The position numbers and the translations under genes were made by a program. From Rotaria socialis (taxonomy: Eukaryota): a stretch of 64,000 nt of DNA. This document shows, in pieces, positions 53,413 through 64,000 of the stretch. The notes beneath the pieces were generated by a model. That model saw only the letters and a list, made by a program, of their open reading frames with translations. It made no database searches and had not been told where the DNA came from. The stretch covers positions 1-64,000 of the forward strand of contig CAJNYD010000069.1 in assembly GCA_905331295.1 (NCBI GenBank), read 5' to 3'. Every line of letters starts with the position of its first letter. Positions within the stretch are counted from its first letter, which is position 1.

Positions 53413-55819
53413 AATTCATCGATAGCATCAATATTAAGAAAATTGGTACTATTTGGATAAACGGTGGAGATAATTTTCATCAATGATAATGTTTTCGATG
53501 AAAATCTATCATTTAGCTCTACCAACATGCAATCAATAAGTGGAAAATATAATCTGTTAAGATAATCAGTTGATGTTTGTAAAGTTTCCCGTTGTCCAAT
53601 TGTTGAGTCGATGATAAATTCTTGAAATCTAATAGGTACTGCTGCTACACGATATGATCGATACTGTTGTACAAAATCAATTTCATTTGAACTGCAAAAT
53701 TCTTTTACTTTTTCATAAATCTCGTTAAATGATTGATCATTTCGAAGATCCTTTAACTGTCCAATAACCGATGTAATAAGACACTCACCCCGCACATAAT
53801 CCAATGAAGAGCCTTCAGAAAAATAAACCTAATAGTGTTTGCAGTTTAAGAAGAAAAAAAATATTTTACTTTTTAAATGATCACTTAAAACTTTTATTAT
53901 ACCGAAGAATTTATGAAGAATGAATGACGTAACGATAAAAATTGATTTTTGAACATGCATTAACAGTCCTCCTGCATTTGTGGATCGTGTACCACTTCCG
54001 TCTTCACTTAGATCACGAAGTGCTTTAAGAATTGCAGGAAAATTATTTATAACAGCATTAATTGCTGTCCACCGCGAGTCCCATCTGGTAATCGCCCAAA
54101 GCTTGAGAGTCGAGGATTGTACTATGAAATAAAAAACTACAGGCGAACACTTCGATAGAATGCTAAAAGAATATTCACCTAGACCTAAATCAGTTTGAGC
54201 TTTATTGAAATAAATGTTAGTTACAGCAGATTCAGTAAAAAACGAATAAATATGTGAAACTATCGAGAAGTAGTCTGACACATAACATACAACTTTACAT
54301 GTATCACTAATAACTAAGTTGAGTCGATGGGCAGCACAATGAATATATATGCCTTTAGGCATATATTTCTTCAACAAGACATGAACACCAGTCGCACAAC
54401 CGGACATAACTGATGCTCTTTAAATGTAAAACAAAACAGATTTTATTAGTTTTTAGTTGGTTGAACAACAGACACAATTTACCCATCAAAACACAAGCAA
54501 ATACATGATTCCAAAGGAATTTTCCAATGATTTAAAAACTCAACAATATTATTTGCTAACGTTGTAGCATCGAATTTTTCCAGTGGTATAAACCCTAGGA
54601 AATACTCTTTTACGACATAATTTTTATCAGTTGTACAATTATTTGAGTTAGGAACAAATCGAATAACTATTGATAATTGTTGTGTACCCCTGATGTCTCG
54701 ACATTCGTCGGCCATCAATGCGTACTTGTTGCTATTTAACTAAAAGTAGCAGAAAATCATTTAACTATAATAGATAGTTAAACAAAACTAGCTTGTCTTA
54801 CCATAGATGAGATTTTTTCACGAATTTCATTACTCATAATATGAATTAATTCATTTTGAATATCGTGGCTCAAATAACTGGCATTACCAGTTGAATCTTC
54901 AAATATTGACTTGATTAAAGGATCAGTTTCTGATGCCCAACGGAGAATTTCCAAAAAATTACCTTGATTCGAACTTCTGTAAATAAAAAAAGTAAACTTT
55001 AGAAAAGAAAGTTCCATAATATTTATGATAATTTTCTTATTTAGATCTCGAAATAATACTAATAATAGTCCTAATAACTTTATTTATTTGATTGTCTAAG
55101 AAGAAATCTTTCATCTTTTTACAGATAGTTAGATTTACGCACTTTTCATTTTCTTCATGTCCTCTAAAACTTATCATTTGACGTGCTAAGAAACGTAATG
55201 TTGAACAAATTTTTGTCAGACGTTCACGATTTCTACGAATTTGAATTGCACGACATGAATCTAATTGTTTTACAACATTTGAATTTGTTTCTTGTTGTTG
55301 CTTGTAAGTTAAATAGTTTTTTGTTGCACTAATATGTGCTTGAGATGACACATGTCTTATAAAACCACCACTTTTGTCCAATGCCTTCCTCCAATTATTA
55401 AAACCTATAGAGGTAAAAAAATCATCAGCAGTTAATTGGTTTGAAGAAAAATGACGACAATAATAACAATAACTTGCATCATTTTGTACCGAATATTCCA
55501 ACCAAGTTCTATCATTAAACCAAGTAGATTGGAACGACCGATTTTGTTGATTAGCTGGATAGGTTGCTAATTGTTTTTGAACAGGAGTATCATTACTTGA
55601 CCTGCTGATATCATTTGGAATAGGTTTTTTATGAGAATTTTCATTAAAAGAACAAGATAAAATGAGAGACGAAGAAGAACAAGCAGGATCTCGAGTTTCA
55701 GGCGCTGATAAAGATGATGAATTAACAGTGTTCGGTTCTGTTTCTTGTTCATCATTGCGTACTTTTTTGTTAGAAGAAAGAAAATAGTATTCTAAGATGC
55801 CACGTTTTTCAGATTGCAT
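53413..55819 (-). CDS. hAT transposase (TTF zinc finger, ZMYM1/DUF4371-like, Tip100 type), 5 introns, 3' end lost in gap
   Basis: RSFQSTWF..RTWLEYS...YCYYCRHF, FRGHEE, GNFLEIL, YLSHDIQNELI, ADECRD, CFDGASVMSG, HCAAHRLNL, TRWDSRW. Exons join in frame through canonical GT-AG introns. Confidence 0.93.
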
Positions 55820-56056
55820 TTGTGGAGATTATGATTTAGGTTTAGGCAAGATTAGCAGAAGACAGTTTTTGTATAGTTACAGTGAACAACCAATTAGAAA
55901 CTGAAGACAAATCTCTACGACGTAGTCATAGTATCGTCGCAGTATTAATATCAGAAAAAATTAAACTCATTAAGAAATTTCTAAAAAAAAATCTGAGGGG
56001 GCTCANGGGGGGCACCCCCCACACCCCCCCCCCCCCCCCCCGTGGCGCCGCCACTA
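53413..56056 (-). mobile_element. hAT DNA transposon with one visible terminus
   Basis: The minus strand from 56056 reads TAGTGGCGGCGCCACGGGGG, a hAT-type (C/T)AGTGGCG end with G/C subterminal tracts, about 240 bp upstream of the transposase ATG. Confidence 0.85.
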
Positions 56057-56869
56057 GCATTGAATTATTTAATTGGGAATAATTATCGTGATAATCGATA
56101 TATATATATATATATATATGAACATATTTCTTGCATTTTCTTAATAAAAAATGTGTAAATGAAACTATTGAGCTCGAAATACAAATTCTCTTATTTCAAG
56201 TCAATCTTAATTTTATTTTAATACATCAATTTTCTTAATTAATAAGGAGATTATCAGACATACAATTGATGGCAATCGTCCTTTTTCTTTTTATAAATGT
56301 ACGTTTTCATCATAATCACTTATTTTACTCAAATAGAAAACTGTTTTCATCGATGTCATACTGTCGAAAAGTTTAAATATAATTTAAAAGTGATCAATCA
56401 TGTTGAAAGAAAGACTGCTCTTTATTTGAAATCATCTAAGTCAGTGAGCCTTATTCCCCTTTTGCTTGTGTCGCAGCATGATTTGGTATCTTCTTTCATC
56501 TGGCGGTATTTTTTCTTTGGTCTGTGGCCAACACCCCGGCAATTTGTGACCAGAAACCGAAATGGGAATAAAGCTCATTCAAACGTTGCCTTCATAAGTC
56601 ATAAATAATTTTTTCTTTCTTGCTCTACGAGAAACCCTGTAGCAGAGATAATATGAACATCAAATTTCTTTCATCATTTTTTTCTACAAAAAAATACTAA
56701 TTATGTTAAGGGTGTGACGCTGACACATCATCACCTACTAGAGAGAAAAAAAAGTAGGAGAAGCCTCAACAGTAGCCGAGTAACAGCATAGTATAATCTT
56801 CTTAAAAGACTAAAAGTCATCATATATAAAAGAACTAACAGTAGACTCCTTTTCTCGTTTTACCAAAAA

Positions 56870-57880
56870 ATGATGATGTTCAACTGTCGATATAACAAAA
56901 AGTTATGCCGATTCTTTATTTTTATATTGCTTTCAAGTATTTATCTTTTAAAAAACTTGTTGTTTAATTTAAAAATTGACTCATCATTTAATCAAACTCA
57001 TATAATAATGCCGTTCGAACAATCTCTAGTATTGCCTGTATACGGTAGGATTAAATATCTAGGTAAAGCATCTTCTATTTATATTATTAATTTGCCATCA
57101 CGTCCTGATCGACGAACACAATCTATTGCTCTCATGCAAACATTGAATGTACAAGCGTCTATCGTTCCGGCTTATTCAATTAATTCGCCTGACGTTCTGA
57201 TTTTGAATCGAAATCGAAATAGTTTCTTTTTAAAGCTAACTGAACTAGCTTGTTGGGCAAGCCATATGCGCGTATGGGTTACTATTGTTAATAAAACATT
57301 TTATGAAAATTTTAATACATGGTCAATTGTATTTGAAGATGATATCGATCTTGAAATTGATCTACCATACATAATTCAAACGATTCCATATTCGATATGG
57401 AACAGTGCTGATTTAATCTATCTTGGCCATTGTGCTAATCCACCTGGAAAACTTATCTATGAAACATCGAAGCATATGCATCGGATTCATCAAGCACTTC
57501 ATCCAAGTTGTACGCATGCATATATAATTCGATCAGGAACAGCGAAAAAACTCGTTAATCTATTATCGAAACCTTCGCTACCCATTGATGATTCAATAAT
57601 AAAGCTTGTTAATGATTGTCAACTAGTTGTCTATAGTATTCATCCTCCATTAGCAATACAAAAATCGGTTTCTAAGACTAATCCATCGGATGTTAATAAA
57701 ATAAATCGGCAATCATGGATGTATCGTATTCAATTGGCAATTTATACGTTTTTACAATGGTGGAATGGTGTAAAAATTCATAATGAATTACAGAAATCAG
57801 CGTTGACAAGGGCTAATTTAACTAAAGCTAAATCTTGGAGACTGAAGTATGAGAAAGAAATTTGGAAAAATTATTTATGA
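56870..57880 (+). CDS. Glycosyltransferase family 25 protein, type II membrane, intronless; HGT candidate
   Basis: IYIINLPSRPDRR, ELACWASH, IVFEDDID, DLIYLG, CTHAYII and PIDD are GT25 motifs. N-terminal signal anchor. Confidence 0.9.
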   Translation: MMMFNCRYNKKLCRFFIFILLSSIYLLKNLLFNLKIDSSFNQTHIIMPFEQSLVLPVYGRIKYLGKASSIYIINLPSRPDRRTQSIALMQTLNVQASIVPAYSINSPDVLILNRNRNSFFLKLTELACWASHMRVWVTIVNKTFYENFNTWSIVFEDDIDLEIDLPYIIQTIPYSIWNSADLIYLGHCANPPGKLIYETSKHMHRIHQALHPSCTHAYIIRSGTAKKLVNLLSKPSLPIDDSIIKLVNDCQLVVYSIHPPLAIQKSVSKTNPSDVNKINRQSWMYRIQLAIYTFLQWWNGVKIHNELQKSALTRANLTKAKSWRLKYEKEIWKNYL

Positions 57881-59752
57881 AACTATTTCTTGATAAGAAA
57901 AAAAGGTCGATTTTTCTGTGAAGTGTGGGTTGATGCGCATATTAGTCAATAGACAATTGTCGTGTACTATGATATGAAAATTGTAAGTTCAATTGTAGTA
58001 GTAATTCAATCATCTTTCAAATATTTATGTCATGTTATATAGGAACCAGAGAAATTTTCTACTTACGCGATTTATTTTTCTATTCCAGTAGAAAATAATA
58101 AAGACATCCTACAAATATAAGAACTAATTAAAAGTTAAGAAAATTCGACACAAAATCATTCGATTTATGAATAAACACATGCGGTAAGACAATGTAAAAT
58201 TAGTTCCATGCTCTTTGGATTTACAGTTTTAAGATAATCATTCTGAACGGACACATATATGTGTATATTCGGTGGTTGAATTTTGTGTCACACGAAAAAA
58301 TCTTGAAATGCCCGTAGGCAGTTTCTATTTTATTGGCGATAATTGAAGAAGGTGTGGACCCATTCTACTCTACACCAACGGAATTCACGCCTGCATTTGC
58401 GTGTGACTATTTAAAAATAGTGACCTGTAGGAAGTTATCGTCTTTTTTTTCTTTTTACAAAATGTATATACATGGTTCATTCTTTTCGCCGCTTTTTGTT
58501 TTATAGGTTAGCACGTGAAATTTTCTTAAATTATGTTTCAAACATTTTTCATCCTGAACTGAATTAATCTTTAATTTTTGTTAGAAGAATAAATGAAAAA
58601 TAATATGGCAAGAATCATTTTCGGGTATTTCAGATAGATTTCCCGTTGTTGGTACGCATTGAGATCATTCAAGATGTTTCGTGAAGTAATACATGACTAA
58701 AAATGATGAGTAACGCATTAAAGAATTTTACTTGGTAATTACGTCATAAGCCGAAATGATGACTCGATTGGATATGCTTCAAATATTGACAAACCGTCAT
58801 GCCGTATAAATTTGAAGTTATTTTTGTGAAAAACTCCTCTCTTACTTTCTTCGCAAGACTGCCAATGCAGCAAAGTCGTACGGGTTTGTTTTGAGAGTAC
58901 AGCTGATTATTGTATAATTATCTTACTATCAACAAATGATGCAAACTGATATCATTATTTTTTAAGATTCGTCATGCAGCTTTCTTGTATTTTCATCAGA
59001 AAGCGTCTTCTGAATCATTATGATTCGTTTTTGCCCAATAACAAAAGCTAGCGATCTTTTTATTTATTGAACTTGAACTAATTCGAGTGCTCTGTATGCA
59101 ATCTTGCGTATTAAAAATATTTTGCGGTTCAACATTAAAAAATTAAGATGATAGTTTTCATTTTAGATTCTTTCTCAAAGAAAACATTTGACTATCATGT
59201 CATACTTTACTCTTACATTAAAACACTACTACAATAACCTAATGGGATTTTCGTTGCCCTAACTAATTTCTCCGAGTACTTCTAATGACTCATATCAAGA
59301 TAGGATACTTTTTGTGTTGAGATAATTGGAAAATCCTACAGTATACAATCATTTTCAGTCATTGAGTATTATAACTGACAGAGTATGGATGGTAAACACA
59401 GTGAGATCATTCAATATCAAGCGAGTCATTATCGACATCTACACTTAAAATACAAAGATGATTTAAATATTTAAACTTGAAATTGATTCATTTTGATTCC
59501 ACGGAAATAATAAAAAAAAGCACAACTGTCTTAAAAAAAAGACTCGCAGCGTCATCTATATCGTCATTTGCCATAATTTCCTCCATTAGTTAAATAGTCC
59601 AATTGAATTTTCTTGCTTGCTGCCATTTTGTTTATTTCTGTTTTATCTTTGTTCCTAGTCGACTGTCAGTCAGTCAGTCATTTTACCCGTTCTTCTACTC
59701 AATCTTGAAATAAGATATTCACTTTTTCTCTTACTACAACTTCGAATGTCGA

Positions 59753-61919
<2,167 letters not shown>

Positions 61920-63167
61920 AATCTATAAAAATGTCTCATGTCTGTTTTCGTTTTCCTCATGTGTTGTACATTTATGTCATTGTAGTTTGCTTCTGTATGT
62001 TTGTCTGTAGTTTTTGTTTCCATTTCACACGGATCCTTTATGTATGCTTTGTGTGGGATATACATATATATATTTGTCATATGTTTCTTTATACAATTAT
62101 CTGTTTCGGCTTCTAAAGTAATTTGTTATCGTTGACTTGAATCAATAGCTCCTTTCTTTTCTTTCTTTTCTTTTTCGTATACACACAAATAAAGCATGTG
62201 TTTATGAACACTTAAAAATGAAAAGAAAAATTTTCTTTTTTACTTCTACTATAGAAGACATTTGTTTGAAACATTAAGAAATATTCTATGTTAGTATTTT
62301 GTAGAATAGAATTTTATTAAATGTGATATTGGATAATAAATTTCTTTGTGCATGTAATTACGTATATGGAACATTTTACGATCAAGGTAGATAATCATTG
62401 TATATTTACGCAAAAGAAAAAGTATCTATTTTTTTATTCGCAGGTAGCATGTGAATTATTAAATGAATACAGAATCTTCATTATCGAATACGATTATTTG
62501 TTGGATTTGGGCTATTGAATGTGATTATCAGAGTAGCTGTGGTTGATAGTCTGAATGAGACATATAAGAAACCTGAATGTTCTGAAGAAAATCTTGCCGT
62601 TAATTCATTCATCGTGTAAATGTTATTGATTTTATGAATACTATGAAAGAAGTTCGCATTTATTGCTGTCGATCTATTGGATTTATAAGATATTTTTCAA
62701 TCTAATACTTTCGTTCGCTGGTGAAAATCGGATAGCTTTCTATGATAAAGTCATTTGAGCTGTTTTTATCGGGAAACGCCAACAGGAGATCTACAGAGAT
62801 TATTTCGTACTGCCATAAACATGCACTAGTAATAAGCTATGAACGTAAACTTCTTTCGAAGTATTCATAACTCAATAAAAATGTTACACGAGACGTATAA
62901 TTCTAGTTTCAAAGTTTTCAATAGCTAAAACATTGAACACTTTTCAGACACAGTTCAGGTTTAATGTATGCCTAATTTAAATGATACATAGACGCGTATA
63001 TGATTGCTAAATTCTTGTGTTACAGTATTATCAATTACTAAATAGTTTTACTTGTCTCTTAATAGAAGAGTTAAAGAGTGAATATTTTTATTTTGTTCAT
63101 CGACTAATAAACATTCTAAATGCACAATAAAATACCGATACGAAATGAACTGTTTAGATTAACATTT

Positions 63168-63260
63168 ATGAACAGAACGATGGTAATCGGTGATCAACCA
63201 GCAGGCCGACGTCATGTAAAGCCATTGGCATCAAAAGGTGAAAAACCAGCTGGCTATTGG
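63168..63260 (+). CDS. Probable exon of an unidentified gene (rest not identified in the window)
   Basis: MNRTMVIGDQPAGRRHVKPLASKGEKPAGYW followed by a strong donor TGG|GTAAGC. GC-richer than its flanks. Confidence 0.4.
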
Positions 63261-64000
63261 GTAAGCAAACTATGACGTGTGCTTAAGTTTGACAAAGGGT
63301 CAAAAATAAAAATTTATTTCAATTATTATAGGCTAATCTGTATGTCATTGACATACAAATCATGAATTTCATATTAATGTATTGTTAAAAACGGCTTTTG
63401 TTGTACCTATGTTCTAAATAATCTATATTATATTAAAAGCTAAGCAGCTAATGATTGGGATTGCTTGATAGAGATATTATGCTTGGTAAATAACAGTGCA
63501 TTGCTTAGAAATTTGAAATAATTTTAAGATGCATTGCGATTTTTCTGCTGATGAGCGTGGTAGTTATTTTTGAAAAATAAAATGCTCGTAAGGTTTGTTT
63601 TTAGCTTCGGGACGTTTGACAAGAAAGTTTGATGTTGTTCATTGACGAAAGTAATATCAAACGGTAATTAGCCGTTTATATTCTACAATCTCGCTAGTAA
63701 CATAGTGATGACACGGAAATATGATACCGAACAGCAACGACTCATTGTTGCTGAACTCTGTAGAAATTTGATTTTTTTTTGTGCTATTATTTTGTCGAGC
63801 CTATTTAGCATAGATTGTATATAGAAAATAATACATTCCGAAATAAGAAACACTGCCGGACACTTGCAATGATGACTAGTCTTTTTATTTCTTCTATGGA
63901 AATCAACTCTTTTAATTCCTGGATCATATTGTCACAGCTAATCTTCATTTCCTTTTCAACAATATAGAATCATTTGTTCTGTTTCCGACTCACTATTTAG

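Noticed and set aside
55882..56082. Proline-rich 66-aa ORF
   Set aside because: Translation of the poly-C subterminal tract of the hAT end, and it contains an ambiguous base.

Overview
AT-rich eukaryotic genomic DNA with many short (~50-70 nt) spliceosomal introns. The gene style, an F-box/LRR pseudogene, TGTGGG-like repeats and non-metazoan-looking genes point to a bdelloid rotifer (inference). Positions 1-16 kb are rich in transposon remnants and pseudogenes: a long foldback inverted repeat, a TTAA-flanked piggyBac-type MITE nested in another TIR element, a tRNA-derived structured element and an F-box pseudogene. Positions 16-64 kb hold conserved animal genes: PRC1/MAP65, an extended-Tudor protein, a 5-HT2-like GPCR, cytoplasmic LeuRS, IFT25/HSPB11, an ELOVL elongase and CtBP. 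Between them lie three candidate horizontally acquired genes (an HxxxDG acyltransferase, a secreted bacterial-like carbohydrate-active protein, a GT25 glycosyltransferase), two small membrane ORFs and an intron-containing hAT transposon cut by an assembly gap. The main oddities are an in-frame TGA in the otherwise intact GPCR N-terminus, His-to-Arg at the CtBP catalytic residue, the caged tRNA-like element and a duplicated-helix insertion in LeuRS. All exon structures were read by eye and no database searches were run. I found no complete multi-gene novel system that I can support.
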